Source: Microbotryum violaceum (Eukaryota). From it: a stretch of DNA of 64,000 nucleotides. Made by a program: the position numbers and the translations under genes. Under the pieces are notes generated by a model. That model had not been told where the DNA came from, ran no database searches, and was given only the letters and a program-made list of their open reading frames with translations. Shown here one piece after another: positions 26,592 through 39,290 of the stretch. The first letter of the stretch is position 1. Each line of letters opens with the position of its first letter. The stretch is taken from assembly GCA_001244265.2 (NCBI GenBank), contig LN717261.1, forward strand, positions 1,193,591 through 1,257,590, written 5' to 3'.

Positions 26592-29500
26592 TGTAAGGCC
26601 CGTGCGCCTGGGCCTTAGGAAGAGGGGACGCGGGCCTGGGCACTCTTAGTCTCTCTCCAGCGACTGATACAAGTGTCCAGGTGAGCACAAGGTGGATCAG
26701 AAGGCTTTGTCATACCAGCGACTGATACGAGTGTCCAGTGTCAATTCTAAATACTTTGGTCCTGTGATCCTTGTCGTCATCGCTCAGGTGTACACTCCAA
26801 CGGGGTGTATTACACTTTTTTTTTCACACCGGTCAAAGACGCACACTGCCACGTGCGCCAGCGACACACCCACGGAACGAACAAACGACAACGAACGGTA
26901 ACAGACGAACATGGCGCGTGGCAAGAACTCCACCGCCCAACCAGCGCCACCATCGGCACCAGAGGAAAGGGAGGACAGCTCGGACAATGAACAGGAGGTT
27001 GCAACGATGCCAAGGGGCATGAAGCTCAGCGCGCCCAAGCTTGCGAACGGCACGAAACTCACTCTCTCCTCGATCCGCGCATTCCTCAACGACATGGACA
27101 ACATGTTCTTCCAGTACCAAGTGAAGAACATGCGACTAAAGATAATGTTCATCGCCAACCACATTGAACACGAGGCGCTCAAGGATTGGCTGGTGACGGC
27201 GACGGAGGAATGCACGTGGGACGAGCTTAAGGTCGCCTTCATCCGCAAGGCACTACCCTTGGATTTCGCCTTCACGACAGAGCAGCGTATTCGCCACAGC
27301 CACCAAGGCAACCACGACTACGCGACGTGGGCTTCGGGACTTCGGGCCTCACAGCTGCAGCTCGGCCAGACCGCCCTCAGCGACATCGAGTTCATCAAGA
27401 TCCTACTGTTCAACATGGACCCTCAATTGAGCGTTGTTCTACGACAGAACGACCTTCTGTTGGGTACTGGCCTACACCAAGATGATTTAGACTACGTGGC
27501 GGCTTCAAAGGCGGCGCTCCCCAAGCTCAAGACATTATCTTACGAGGTGTTTGAGCGATTGGCAAGATCCCAATGGAATGTGATCATAGCGGTTCGTCCT
27601 GTAGCAACTCCCCGAACGCAAACCTCGACTACGAGCCCAAAGACCAGCTCTGGCCGACCTTTTGTGACCTCGGCGACCACTCGACGCAGGCCGACGAGAC
27701 TCACGGACCCGATGAAGGATTATCTCTCGGAGAAGGAGGGATGCTTTAGCTGCAGACGCATCAACACGGATCACCGCGCGAGCGACTGTACAGCCAACTG
27801 GCAGCAGGCACCGGATGTCCCGGAGGGGTGGGCCGAATTCGAAAAGAAGACGGCGAAAGCGGCTAAGAACGACACCCTCCATCAAATTGCGGAACACTCA
27901 GAAGACGACATCTCAACGGACGAAGAAAACGAGTACGCCCCTCAGTTCATCTCCACCATTCCCATCACTCTGCACAACAACACGAAGTCAAAGACGTTGC
28001 AGGCACTTGCTGACTCTGGGGCCTCTTCCTCCTTTATCGCAGATAAGGTGGTTGAGAAACTGGGGTTAGTCATGCATCGTCTCCCTGTTCCTACATTGGT
28101 CAAAACTGCAATCAAAGGCCTAGCACGCGCGTTTCATGTTACCTCGTTTGTAAAGATTCCAATCACGCTCGAGAATGGCGCATGGGAAGCGGGACACACG
28201 ATTCTGAAGGTGGCTAAACTGCAGGAGCCCTTGGAAGTGGTACTGGGGTTCAACTTCCTTGTAAAGCACAAGGTTACCATCGACTTCGCGGCACACAAGA
28301 TCCTGGTGCCACATCCGACCATGCCTGACGTAAAGATCGACCTTCTTGCGCCGGTCTTCGGACCCCACCCCCAGCAAGCCGCGGCAAGGAATGCCAAACG
28401 AAGCGATAAAGCTCGGATCAACTGGCGTGCAGTGATTGCCTACATCGACGGGGTCCAGCAAAGGGAAACGGAGTTGACGGAGTTGCGACGGCGGGAGGCA
28501 AAGCTACGGGTCGAGTTCGCGGATCGGTTCCCGGGGGATATTCCTCCGGTTTCGACGTATGAATCACCGGTCCGACACCGAATCGAGCTGACGGACGGAG
28601 CAGCAAAACCGAACTTGAAGGGTTATCGAGCGGCACACCGTTACCGGGAAGCCTGGAAGCGCCTGATTGATCAGCACGTCGCCAATGGCCGCCTTCGAAA
28701 GTCGTCATCAGAGTTCGCGTCCCCGGCGTTTGTCATCCCAAAGAAAGGTATGGATAAGGACCCGTCAATCCAACCACGCATGGTCTGTGACTACCGAGTA
28801 CTCAACGAAGGGACGGTCCGAGATCGCACACCTCTACCACTTCCGGACGAGATTCTGTCGGTCTGCTCAAACGCGCGATTCTGGGGGAAGATCGACATGA
28901 CAAACTCCTTCTTCCAAACCAAGATGGCCGAGGAAGACATCCGGAAGACGGCGATTGTGACACCGTGGGGATTGTACGAGTGGACGGTAATGCCAATGGG
29001 ACTCTGCAACGCCCCGGCAACGCATCAGCGCCGAGTCAACGAGGCACTCAGAGACCTTATCGGGAGCGTGTGTTTCGTGTACCTCGATGACATCACAATC
29101 TTTGCCGATACCTTGGAGGAACATGAACGACGGGTGCGACTAGTCCTGGAGGCGCTGAGACGGGCGGATCTGTACGTATCGCCGATGAAGACGGAACTGT
29201 TTGCTGCCGAGTGCTTTTTCCTCGGCCACCAGATCACTCGGGAAGGCATCAAGGTCGATCCTGACAAGGTGGAGCGGATCCAACAGTGGCCGCGACCAAG
29301 GACGGTGAAGCAATTGCGGGGATTCCTAGGTCTGGTGCAGTATCTGCGGAAGTTCATCAACAAGCTTGCGGATTTGACGGCGGTTTTAGTCCCGCTGACA
29401 CGAAAAGGGGTGCATGTCGACGAAGGCTGGACGGGAGAGCACGACAAGGCGTTTGAGGCAATCAAGTCCTTGGTGGGCAACCTTCCTTCTCTACATCCCA

Positions 29501-31697
29501 TTGACCATTCCGACAAGGGTGACCCATTATGGCTGATGACGGACGCGAGCAATCGGGGAATCGGGGCGGCACTCAGTCAAGGAAAGCAATGGCAGACGGC
29601 CATGCTGGCAGGCTATTGGTCACGACAGTACAACCCAGCGGAAGGCAACTATGCAGCCCACCAGATGGAATTGCTTGCAATTGTGGACGCCCTTCATCAC
29701 TGGCGGGCGGACCTTTTGGGTGTTCGATTCAAGATCCTCACAGACCACCACTCCTTGGCGGGCTTCATGAAGCAACCAAGCCTTTCACGACGACAAGCTC
29801 GATGGACCGAACGACTGGCCGATTACGACTTCGAGATTGTATATGTACGAGGTCCAGAGAACACAGTGGCTGATGCATTGAGTCGTTACTCCTTCCCGGA
29901 GGAACCCACAGCCGGCCGCCAGGCGAGCAACAATGTCAACGTGCTGGCGGAGGCAACTCTCGATCCTGCCTTCCTTTGCAAACTCAGGGACGGTTACCGC
30001 AAGGACCCGCAATGTCAACAAGCTATCAAGAACATTGATTCAACACCACGCTACTCAGTCGACAATGGAATCGCACGGTTCAAAGGACGGATCCTCCTGC
30101 CAAAGACGGGGAACTTTCGGGAGGACGCGCTACATGACGCGCATGATGCCGCAGGCCATTTTGGACTACACAAGACGTATGAACACCTACGCCGCAACTT
30201 TGTCTGGTCGGGAATGAAGGATGCAGGCAAAGATTACGTTGAGTCCTGTGCTGCTTGTCAGACAATGAAGATGCATGGCACCGGTTTTGCCGGTCGGATC
30301 CACAATTTGAATGTGCCTGACCGGCCAATGCGGGAAGTTGGCCTAGACTTTGTTGGGCCACTTGTACCTAGCAATGGTAATGACGCACTGCTTACGGTAA
30401 CAGATCGCCTTTCAGGCTACGTTCGCCTCATCCCCTGCCGCACGACGGACAACGCGACTACCACGGCGGACCGGTTCTTTGAGGGGTGGCATCAACACTT
30501 CGGCATGCCACGAGTGCTGGTCTCCGACCGCGACAGGCTCTTCACAAGCGAGTTCTGGCGAGCGTACATGGGCCAGCTGGGAACGAAACTGGCAACATCG
30601 ACGTCTTTCCACCCACAAACGGATGGCCGAAGCGAGCGAACAAATCGGACCGTGATCCAAGTCCTGCGAACAATGGTCAACCGACGGCAAAATGACTGGT
30701 CAAAGCACTTGGCTACGGTGGAGTTTGTGATCAACTCCAGTATGAACAGGTCGACGGGGAAGACGCCATTTGAAGTGGTACTTGGGTTCACGCCGGAGCT
30801 GACACCGATCACCCCAGTGGAGGGCTCAACCATGTCACAGGCAGTCAAATTCATCGTGGAACAACGTGAAGCAGCGGTTGCGGAAGCCCGAGACAATTTG
30901 GCAATTGCAAAGATCCGACAGGCCAACCAGAGCAACAAGGCGAGGAAACCGGAGCCCGGGTTTGCAGTTGGCGACATGGTCTTAGTTGACTCGCGGGATC
31001 AACGACTGCGGTACAAGGCCGATGGGGAAGCACGGTCAGCCAAACTCTTTCCCCGGTTTGACGGCCCCTACAAAGTCCTAGCAGCACGACCCGAAACCTC
31101 AAATTACAAGCTGAAGCTCAAGGCGGGGGACAAGTCGCACAACGTCTTCCACGCCTCCAAGCTCCGACGCTGGGTAAAGAACAATGGGGTGGTGTTCCCA
31201 GGACGAGAGGCAACGGAACCAGCGGCCATTATCGTCCAAGGAAACGAGGAGTGGGAGGTAGAACGGATTGTGGACGAAAAGGGGAAGGGGTCAAGGAAGA
31301 GGTTCTTGGTGAAATGGAAGGGGTGGGCAGACAGCGACAACACATGGGAGCCATGCTCACACCTGGAAGACACCGCAGCGTTGGAAGAGTGGGAGAGTGG
31401 GAAGGCGGGGGGAGGACAAGGCAAGGAGGGGAGGGTGTAAGGAGGGAGGGGAGTTTGGTTTAGGTGGTGGAGAGTGTAAGGCCTGTGCGCCTGGGCCTTA
31501 GGAAGAGGGGACGCGCGCCTGGGCACTCTTAGTCTCTCTCCAGCGACTGATACGAGTGTCCAGGTGAGCACAAGGTGGATCAGAAGGCATTGTCATACCA
31601 GCGACTGATACGAGTGTCCAGTGTCAATTCTACATACTTTGGTCCTGTGATCCTTGTCGTCGTCGCTCAGGTGTACACTCCAACGGGGTGTATTACG
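26592..31697 (+). mobile_element. Ty3/gypsy chromovirus E, copy 1 (full length)
   Basis: 223-bp LTRs at 26592-26814 and 31475-31697, TSD CTTTC, purine-rich PPT; the 3' LTR ends TTACG rather than TTACA. Confidence 0.97.
26911..31440 (+). CDS. Gypsy gag-pol polyprotein with chromodomain, 1509 aa, uninterrupted
   Basis: CFSC...H...C knuckle, [62 protein letters not shown]...FLVKWKGW...TWEP. Confidence 0.95.
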   Translation: MARGKNSTAQPAPPSAPEEREDSSDNEQEVATMPRGMKLSAPKLANGTKLTLSSIRAFLNDMDNMFFQYQVKNMRLKIMFIANHIEHEALKDWLVTATEECTWDELKVAFIRKALPLDFAFTTEQRIRHSHQGNHDYATWASGLRASQLQLGQTALSDIEFIKILLFNMDPQLSVVLRQNDLLLGTGLHQDDLDYVAASKAALPKLKTLSYEVFERLARSQWNVIIAVRPVATPRTQTSTTSPKTSSGRPFVTSATTRRRPTRLTDPMKDYLSEKEGCFSCRRINTDHRASDCTANWQQAPDVPEGWAEFEKKTAKAAKNDTLHQIAEHSEDDISTDEENEYAPQFISTIPITLHNNTKSKTLQALADSGASSSFIADKVVEKLGLVMHRLPVPTLVKTAIKGLARAFHVTSFVKIPITLENGAWEAGHTILKVAKLQEPLEVVLGFNFLVKHKVTIDFAAHKILVPHPTMPDVKIDLLAPVFGPHPQQAAARNAKRSDKARINWRAVIAYIDGVQQRETELTELRRREAKLRVEFADRFPGDIPPVSTYESPVRHRIELTDGAAKPNLKGYRAAHRYREAWKRLIDQHVANGRLRKSSSEFASPAFVIPKKGMDKDPSIQPRMVCDYRVLNEGTVRDRTPLPLPDEILSVCSNARFWGKIDMTNSFFQTKMAEEDIRKTAIVTPWGLYEWTVMPMGLCNAPATHQRRVNEALRDLIGSVCFVYLDDITIFADTLEEHERRVRLVLEALRRADLYVSPMKTELFAAECFFLGHQITREGIKVDPDKVERIQQWPRPRTVKQLRGFLGLVQYLRKFINKLADLTAVLVPLTRKGVHVDEGWTGEHDKAFEAIKSLVGNLPSLHPIDHSDKGDPLWLMTDASNRGIGAALSQGKQWQTAMLAGYWSRQYNPAEGNYAAHQMELLAIVDALHHWRADLLGVRFKILTDHHSLAGFMKQPSLSRRQARWTERLADYDFEIVYVRGPENTVADALSRYSFPEEPTAGRQASNNVNVLAEATLDPAFLCKLRDGYRKDPQCQQAIKNIDSTPRYSVDNGIARFKGRILLPKTGNFREDALHDAHDAAGHFGLHKTYEHLRRNFVWSGMKDAGKDYVESCAACQTMKMHGTGFAGRIHNLNVPDRPMREVGLDFVGPLVPSNGNDALLTVTDRLSGYVRLIPCRTTDNATTTADRFFEGWHQHFGMPRVLVSDRDRLFTSEFWRAYMGQLGTKLATSTSFHPQTDGRSERTNRTVIQVLRTMVNRRQNDWSKHLATVEFVINSSMNRSTGKTPFEVVLGFTPELTPITPVEGSTMSQAVKFIVEQREAAVAEARDNLAIAKIRQANQSNKARKPEPGFAVGDMVLVDSRDQRLRYKADGEARSAKLFPRFDGPYKVLAARPETSNYKLKLKAGDKSHNVFHASKLRRWVKNNGVVFPGREATEPAAIIVQGNEEWEVERIVDEKGKGSRKRFLVKWKGWADSDNTWEPCSHLEDTAALEEWESGKAGGGQGKEGRV

Positions 31698-32114
31698 CTT
31701 TCAGTTTACCGTGAAAGACCCGTGCTACTATATTGGGACGGTCGGATGCGGTTTGGCCAGGAAGCAAAGCGTTGACAATTTCCGACCAGGCAGGGTTGCA
31801 TGTCAGTGTGTGTGATGAATATGTCCGGAGCGCCAAAAACACGAACAATGGCCATAGTAGCTTGGTAAAGTTGGACCATTTGGCGTGGCGAACCGGCATG
31901 TGACAATGGTAGAATGACTCTTTTGCCAATCTGCGCAGGATTGAGTCCTTCAGCCAGGCTTGCTTGAAGGGACAAATATTCTTTGGCTCTGAGCTTTTTC
32001 TGATCGATTCTCATCCAATATAGTCGTTCTTGTTCAGTCAATGCCCATGTGTCCGCAACGAATTTCTGGAACAACCGGCCCCCAAGGAACAATTGAAACT
32101 GAACAGCAATGTGC

Positions 32115-35100
32115 TGAACGAGTTGGCGGCAGGGACAAGCCAATGAGTTCGTAATCATGTAAAGATTGCAATAAAGGAGTTCTTCACATACCTGAATGAG
32201 TTGGCGGCAGGGACAAGCCAATGAGTTTGTAATCAAGTGAAGAAGAGGAGACAAAGACACGAATCGCGCGTGCAACTAATATAAAGTGGAGACGCGCGTA
32301 GTGCGGATTTCAGGCAAGAGTAATTTACTTCAACACCCCCCCTTGCTCTTGGCCTGAAATTCGCCGAAGGCCAATAGCGTCACAATGACGCTGGAAAATT
32401 CCTCGAGGCAGCGGCTTGGTGAAGATATCGGCCACCATGTCATGGGTAGGGATGTAGGTGACCAAGATCTCTCCATTTCAAACATGCTCCCAAACAAAGT
32501 GCTCCAACATGCGAAGGTGTTTGGTGCAAGCATGGAAGACCGGGTTCTGGGTGAGTGCAATAGCGCCTTGATTGTCTCCAAGCAGACAAAGGGGTGACAA
32601 TGTGTCAAGGCCGAGCTCGGTGAGGAGCGAGCGAAGGAAGGCTGCCTCCTTGGCAGCATGCAAAAGACCCAGATACTCGGCTTCCGTAGACAAACACGCC
32701 ACTCGGGGTTGGAGACGGGATGACCACAATATTGCGCCACCAGCCAGGTTGAACAAGTAGCCCATTGTTGACCTTGACCTGTTCACATTGGATCCCCAGT
32801 CCAAGTCAGAATACCCCTCGTATCCCAGCAAGGGTTCGTTGTTAGCCACGTAATGGATGCCCAGATCGAACGAGCCTTTGATGTACCAAAGGACGCGTTT
32901 GACGGCCTCGAGATGCGCTGCCCCCGCTTTGCCAACAAACCAAAAGAGATACCCCACAGCGTGTGCAAGATTGGGTTGGGTGGCAACAACGGCGTACATG
33001 AGGGAGCCGATCATAGAACATTACATTGAGTTGTCGGCTTCATCGGGGTCAATCTTGGGCAACAACTGGAGGTTGGCCTCCATTGGCGATTTACAGGGAT
33101 TGCAATTGGACATGCCAAAACAAGCCAACACGTCGACAAGGTATTGGCGCTGCAGGAGGGTGATCCTGCCATCATCATGCCGGACGACCTGAACCCATAG
33201 AATCCAGTCAGCCGGGCCAAGACATTTTATGCCGTAAAGGGTGTCGAGTTGATCCAGGACTCAATCAATCTCCCCAAGGTCGGGACCAAAGAAGAGGAGG
33301 TTGTCTACGTAGAGCGCAACATAGTGATCACCCAAAATGTTGGTGCACCTATAAATGCATTCATTGCAGGCAAGACGGCGGTAGCCGAGATTTGCTAGAG
33401 TGGCGTTGATCATGTCGTTCCAGACTCAACCGGCTTGCTTGAGCCCGTAGATGGAATGGTGAAGACAGAGGCACTTGCCGTCATAGCCTTCAATGCCAGT
33501 GGGGACGTGCATGTAGATCTCTTCCTCCAGGATGCCGTGGAGGTAGGCTTTGTCCACACTGGCTTGTATGATGTGGTGGCCCCTGGAGGCTGCGTGCACA
33601 ACGAGAGCGCAAATGGAGGTGAACTTTGCCGTTGGTGCAAACATCTCGTCAAAATCACCTGCCCGCTGTGCGCATCCCTGAGCTACAATGCGGCTCTTTA
33701 ACGACACCATTTTGCCCGCCTTATTGCGTTTGGTCCAAAACACGTGGCAACTTGGCAAGATAGTGGCTGCCATGGGAACGGAGGCAAGGTTGACCACACT
33801 GAACACCTTGAAGTCGTCCTTCATCGAGCGGAACTCCTTGATGGCACCAGCTTTCCAACCTTCCGCATGAGGGTGGCGCATGGCTTCCTTCCAAGTACTG
33901 GGATTGCTGGTGGGAAGCGTGAAAGGATCTTTGGGCTCGGAGAGAGGATGGTTCGCCTTCAAGACATCGATGCTGGCCTCTGCAAGATTGGCAACCAGTG
34001 CAACAACCTCGTTGCTGAGTGAGAATGCAAAGGCAGAAGGCGTCGAGCGCAAGGATGCGAGGGCTCCGTACCAAGCCGGCGGATTGCGCGCACGTGGGCC
34101 TGTGGGTGGCTGCCAGGCCGGGCCAGGGGCGTCAAAACGCAAGGCAGCCGGTGGGTCAACGTGCTCGGGGGGAATAATGACGACCCCGCTGTCGTCGTCC
34201 CCCGCGGCCGGAAGCGGGGGCGCTCGGATACCCGTTGCTCAAGCAGGGAAGTTGTCCTCAAAGAATGTGACGCTGCGGGACTTGAAGACCTGTCTTGTGT
34301 TGGGGTCTAGCAGTCTGTACCCCTTGGACTCGAGGTCGTAGCCAACAAAGACGAGTGAGATGCCTTGCGGATTGAGCTTGCTGCGTGGCTCAATGGTAGC
34401 GGCCTTCCACGCTCAACAGCCAAACACGCGTAGATGGCCAGCTGAAGGTTTGGAACCGTACCAACGTGTGTGAGGCGTGGTGCCCGAGTTTGCAGAGTGC
34501 GGCGAGCGATTTTTGACATAGACATACGTTGCCAATGCCTCGGCCCACAAAGCGTGAGGTAGGCCCGACTGGTGGAGCATTGAGCGGACACCACTGGTGA
34601 TTGAACAATTTGCAAGTTCGGCGACTCCATTCTGTTGAGGTGTGTCAGGGATAGAGAGCTGACGAGTAATGCCTTCCTCCTCCAGGAATCTGGAGAACTC
34701 GTTCAACATGAATTTGCCCCCATTATCCGAGCGGACAGCAAGGACTTTGCGTGACATGGAGCGCTCCACCTTCGTGAGCCAGGATTTGAAGGCCGCAAAG
34801 GTGTTGGACTTGTGTGACATCAGAATTGCCCACAAATACCGAGAATGGTCGTCCACAATGACAAGAGTGTATCTCGCACCCCCTAATGACACGGCACCAT
34901 TGAACGCAAGGAGGTCCATGTGGACTTGTTCAAGCGGCTGAGCAGAGCGATTCGATGCGACGGCAGGGAACGGGTGATGCGTAATTTTGCCAGCTTGGCA
35001 AGTGCCACATTTCAAATCCTCGTTTGAATCTACCTCCATGCTGACTCCCGACACGGCTTCAGTCAGAATCAACTGTCGGAGGGTGCGTGGGTGGAGGTGA

Positions 35101-35410
35101 GCGAAGCGTCCGTGCAAGACCGACATGGGAACGGCCACAAGTGCACGCGGGAACGCACCCACTTGATGAACAAGAGCAGCGACGTCAACAAGCAAGGCCT
35201 GCATGTGGTAAATTCCGTTCTTGACCTCGCCAGTGTGACACACTGTGTTGGCAATGGAGACCGTTGCCTTGGCCCAAGTCAGACGGATGTCGTAACCCCC
35301 GATGTCAGCACAACTGGCGGAGAACAGGTTGACCGGAGCGGTGGGCACGAACAAGGTGTCGTTGAGTTGGCCGATGCTGCCGTCGAAGGAACGAGCAATT
35401 GCGGAGCCGA
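32115..35410 (-). mobile_element. Ty1/copia element G, 5'-truncated and heavily mutated
   Basis: 3' LTR 32115-32335 with internal direct repeat and G7 PPT; LHGRFAH, VHMDL, RSDNGG, KSRIVAQG, YGLKQAG, STEAEY. Confidence 0.9.
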
Positions 35411-38090
35411 CAGTGGGAACCCGTTAAATTAACGGGAGGATGAAATTCAAAAAATAGCAGGATAATCGAACAGTCTACATGATATCAGCGCAGAGGTTAA
35501 GAAAACACAATACGAAATACAGCAAAGAAACAAAATCCATTCATCTTACATTCATTGCCGAAACAGCCTGCATGTCGCTTGTTGCCGGACTTGGCTTCAA
35601 ACACTCGTGCAATGAGATCCGGACGGTTGCATGCTTTATCGGCCCCAGTGCAGCCTTGATTTCCGGTGAGTCGGGGTCGTACGTCATCGTGATGAGCAGC
35701 GGAGGCTTTCCATGTTTGACAACGCACGCCATCGCATCCTGGTATCGCTGCGCGATGTCGCGATTTGGTTCGGGGTCAAGCCGTTGATGCCTTGGGTCGT
35801 GGTGAGGCGTAGGTTCTCTTGATGTAACCGGATGTGTTCAGTCAATCCGTCTTGACTTGGGAGTACATTCGTAATTCACGAACTCTAGGAAGGGACGCTG
35901 GGTGCAATGCGGAATTGAGAAGTGCTCGTCGCGTTTGGCAAGTAGTGCGCAAAGAATTGTGAACGCGAGACTCGCCACCTCGACCCCTTTACTTGACCTT
36001 CGTCCTAGGTGTTCAAAAGTTCAATGTCAGTCTGTGCTTGCGCCTTCGGCAGAATGGAACATCAGAGAAAGAGCCGAAGACGCGTACGTTCGCCATCACC
36101 ATCCTCTTCGTCCCCTTCCTCGCCGTCTTCATCCTCATTGTCGCGGTCTTCGTCCTCCTGTTCGTCTTCGTCATCCAGACCAAGACCGGCAAGTACCTCG
36201 CGCAATTGGACACCATTGTCGATCTGCTTTCAGTTTCTGGCGATTGGCGGCCTGGCTTGGTGGAACCCGCAAAGAGGAATATTGGGGTGGAAGCCATCTT
36301 CCCCTGCAGGAAAAAGTAGTGGGTAACGGAGAGGCATCGCGGACGGATGGAGCGAGCTAACGATTTGGTACTTGAGCCGACCATCGGGACATCGATCACC
36401 GTGCACCTGGAGAATAAGGTCTTGACGTCCAGGATCTCCCGTGTTGGTGTCGGAATGGTAGATAAGCATCGCCATTTCCGTGCTCGATGTAGGAGGGTTG
36501 TGGGTGCGTCGGTCCCGGCCTGGCGGGAGGCAGAGGCGCAGGATCCACTCTTTGGCCGTATCCCAACCTGCGCGAGGTTTGGCCGATGCGAACTCCCTCA
36601 CAAAGTGATTCTTGGTACGCAACATGGACTCGAGCTTGGTCAAAGTAGATCGTTGCATGTGACTGTCTGCGCCGTCGGGTTCAAGTCGAGTGTCGGTGGC
36701 CTCGGCCGGGTTGATCAGCCATGTTTGAGCAAAGGCTGGGCATTGATTCACGGCAGGGATCAGGGCGCCGAGTCGATGGTAGAGGCGACCAAACACGCGA
36801 AACACGGGGGGTCCTAGCGTGCCCACTTGAGCTTGGTCCCAGAGGGCAGCGAGCGAAGTAAATGACAACGCGTTGTTGTACGATCGGGCGTTCTCGCGGA
36901 ACGCTTTAGCTTCTGTGTGCGTGGGAAGATTGCTGTGGAAATATCGTCGCACAGTTCAGCATGTGGGTCTACTGCAGACGAACGTTGTTGGACGGAGCAA
37001 CTGACCGCTATCCGAGCCTTGAAGAAGCTGCCGATACTCGAGATTGGGCTGGGGAGGGGGAGGTAGCCGCACCTTGCCCTGCGAGCAGCTCGCGCTGAAG
37101 TGTCTGGTCGACTTCGACCTTTCGCACTCCCAGTGCCGAGCCTTGCAGTGGGTGCACACGGCCGTCTGGGGGCCGAGGTCGTCGCGGATCGAAACGTGGG
37201 CTTGAGGGGTCTGAGCGCGATTCGAGCCCGGCGCACTCGCCTTTGCGGTGGTGGTGGGGCGAGCCCAGCGTCGAGTTGGCCATCGCGCTGACCACGCTGT
37301 CCGTTCTGCACAGCTGCACGGCGGGCTCGTATACGTGTCGCAATGCCAAGATCGGTTGAATTGTTGTCATGACGCGCCGGGGGGCTGATTCTGTTGATCG
37401 GAGCGGGACGAAGAGGAGGGTCGAGCCGCGCAGCAGCGGGCGCTCGAGCAGGCCCATGGTAGCCCATGGTACGGCGCTACCCTCGCGCCCAAGACTTGGC
37501 GAGGTTGCGATGGCCCTCCCTGAGTCCCTGGCGACCTTGGGACCGGGACATAGCAGCGAGGGTTTGTTCTTGAATGAGTGTCACTAAAATTGGATGAGAG
37601 TGAGAGGGAGAAAGGAAAGGTTCGAGGGAGTGGCGCAGGATTATCTACGTGGTTTGATTTGTTGTTCAGCCCCTAATGCCGCTGGTCGACTGCCGGAATG
37701 ACACTGACACCGCCGGCGCACCGCATCACGTGACAACCGCCAGCCCTCGCCTCGCGCGTCAGGCAGAGCTCTGCTGTAGAAGCAATATTATGCAAAGCCA
37801 CGCGCTTGCGGTTCATTAAATACCATATGAGTGGAAGCATTGTTTTATGTCAGCGAAAAAAAGAAGGAAAATACTGGGAGCGCTGTAGCTTCGTTGGAAC
37901 GGCGCGGAAAATACAAAAGTCACCACAGGGCTTGTACATGACTTCTGATCGGAACCCCGACACCACAGGCAGGTGCGGTAGACACAACAGTATGCTGGTA
38001 CATCCACCACAGGCGGCCCTCCAGGCCGCAACCTAGTTAAAAACAGCGAATTAGATTACATTCCTTAACTCACCTTTTTTTTATAGAGGT
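35411..38090 (-). mobile_element. Helitron H, non-autonomous deletion derivative
   Basis: 5' end (A)CCTCTATAAAA; Rep N-terminus CTHCKARHW...YNNALSFTS...FRVFGRLYH...PLRYPLLFPAGEDGFH and RYQDAMA...ITMT; intron ~36915-37005; 3' hairpin CCCGTTAA/TTAACGGG then TTCCCACTG. Confidence 0.85.
36319..38090 (-). repeat. Left arm of a 1.77-kb inverted repeat
   Basis: Reverse complement of 43921-45692; the ORF track is mirrored across both arms. Confidence 0.97.
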
Positions 38091-38351
38091 AGTAAGGTAG
38101 TAAAGGCCAAAAAAATGCGTTTTTCCGCATGCGACTCTGGCTGGGCTTTCGGGGGTCCTCATGCACCGAACCTCCGTCTTCTCCCGCTCTCGCAGCCTCG
38201 CGAGTTTCGCCGCCCTTCCTCGCTAGCACTGCAGGTGGGTACGACGGTTCTTGCCTCTGACTGCTTTCCCGTTAAGTTCAGCCCAGATGTTAATGTGGGA
38301 GTTGGAGTCGTACAGTTCCCCGCCTGCAGCCTTCAGCTGCACCCGATCGAC

Positions 38352-39074
38352 ATGGCGACTGACGATACATCGTCGAGCTCGCCTTACGCTGCGACGCTCA
38401 TCTCGGCTTCGTTCACGTCCGGGCAGCCGATCCTACGCTTCGGCTCGTTCACCCTCAAGTCCGGTCGTCAATCGCCTTATTTCTTCAACTTCGGCTTGTT
38501 CAACACGGGGGCCTTGCTGCTGTCTCTCTCTGGCGCGTTTGCGGATGCGATCATCGCTGCTTTTCCGTCAATCGGTCTTACACCCGCTGCACCCGCTGCA
38601 TCCGGCTCGCTCGACAACAACACTCCGCAGGTTCTGTTCGGTCCAGCTTACAAGGGTATCCCACTCGTGGCGGCCATCTCGACCGAGCTCGCCCGTCGGG
38701 GTCGCGACATCGGGTATTCGTACAATCGCAAGGAGGCCAAGACGCACGGTGAAGGTGGATCAATCGTCGGCGCCGATCTCAGGGGCAAGCGTGTGCTCAT
38801 CATTGACGATGTGATCACTGCGGGAACGGCCATTCGCCAAGCACACCAGATAGTCGTGGCTGAGCAAGGCCACACCGTCGGGATCTTCGAGGCCCTTGAC
38901 CGCGAAGAACGCGGCGCCGGCTTTCTTAGCACGGTGCAAGAGATCGAACAGGAGCTCGGTCTTCCTGTGTTCAGTGTCCTGAAGATGCGTGACATCGTTG
39001 CATGGCTGGACGGGCAAAATCGTGACCCAGAAAAACTGGCCATGGAGGCGTATCGTCAGGAATATGGGGTCTGA
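38352..39074 (+). CDS. URA5: Orotate phosphoribosyltransferase (240 aa)
   Basis: LRFGSFTLKSGRQSPYFFN, FGPAYKGIP, YNRKEAKTHGEGG, PRPP-binding motif VLIIDDVITAGTA, LDREE. The start is placed at MATDD; the upstream ATG at 38115 adds 79 aa that do not resemble OPRT. Confidence 0.97.
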   Translation: MATDDTSSSSPYAATLISASFTSGQPILRFGSFTLKSGRQSPYFFNFGLFNTGALLLSLSGAFADAIIAAFPSIGLTPAAPAASGSLDNNTPQVLFGPAYKGIPLVAAISTELARRGRDIGYSYNRKEAKTHGEGGSIVGADLRGKRVLIIDDVITAGTAIRQAHQIVVAEQGHTVGIFEALDREERGAGFLSTVQEIEQELGLPVFSVLKMRDIVAWLDGQNRDPEKLAMEAYRQEYGV

Positions 39075-39129
39075 AGTCGTTGGGAACCTCGAGCGAACGC
39101 GAGAGTTGCACGTTAGAGATAATTCACCA

Positions 39130-39290
39130 CCAGTGGGAACCCGTTGAACAAACGGGAGGATGAAATCCAATTAGCAGGAGGATTGGACAGTATACATGCT
39201 TTCAGCAGAGTAAAAACAAAATAGTGGGACCCCCTAAAATGGCGGGAGGATGAAATTCATATAGCAGGATAATGTATACATGTCATGGAA
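39130..39290 (-). mobile_element. Two tandem Helitron-type 3' termini
   Basis: Minus strand CATCCTCCCGTT/AACGGG hairpin then TTCCCACTGG|T at 39130, and a degenerate copy ending at ~39222; homologous to 35411-35490. Confidence 0.7.

Larger units (their letters stand above)
23294..32114 (-). mobile_element. Helitron I (Rep/PIF1 helicase pseudogene) with canonical 3' end
   Basis: 3' hairpin GGCACGCGGAGCGCGCC then CTAG|T at 23294; VEFQKRGLPHAH (HUH motif, ~26410-26450), [35 protein letters not shown]; intron at ~26480-26533; interrupted by a solo LTR and gypsy E1, cut by copia G. Confidence 0.9.

Noticed and set aside
37806-38036. 76-aa ORF mirrored at 43976-44206
   Set aside because: It lies in the Helitron 5' leader, has no recognisable motif, and is duplicated only because of the inverted repeat.
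38115-38351. 79-aa N-terminal extension of URA5 in the ORF track
   Set aside because: It does not resemble OPRT; the region looks like promoter/5' UTR, possibly with an intron starting GTGGGT at 38235.
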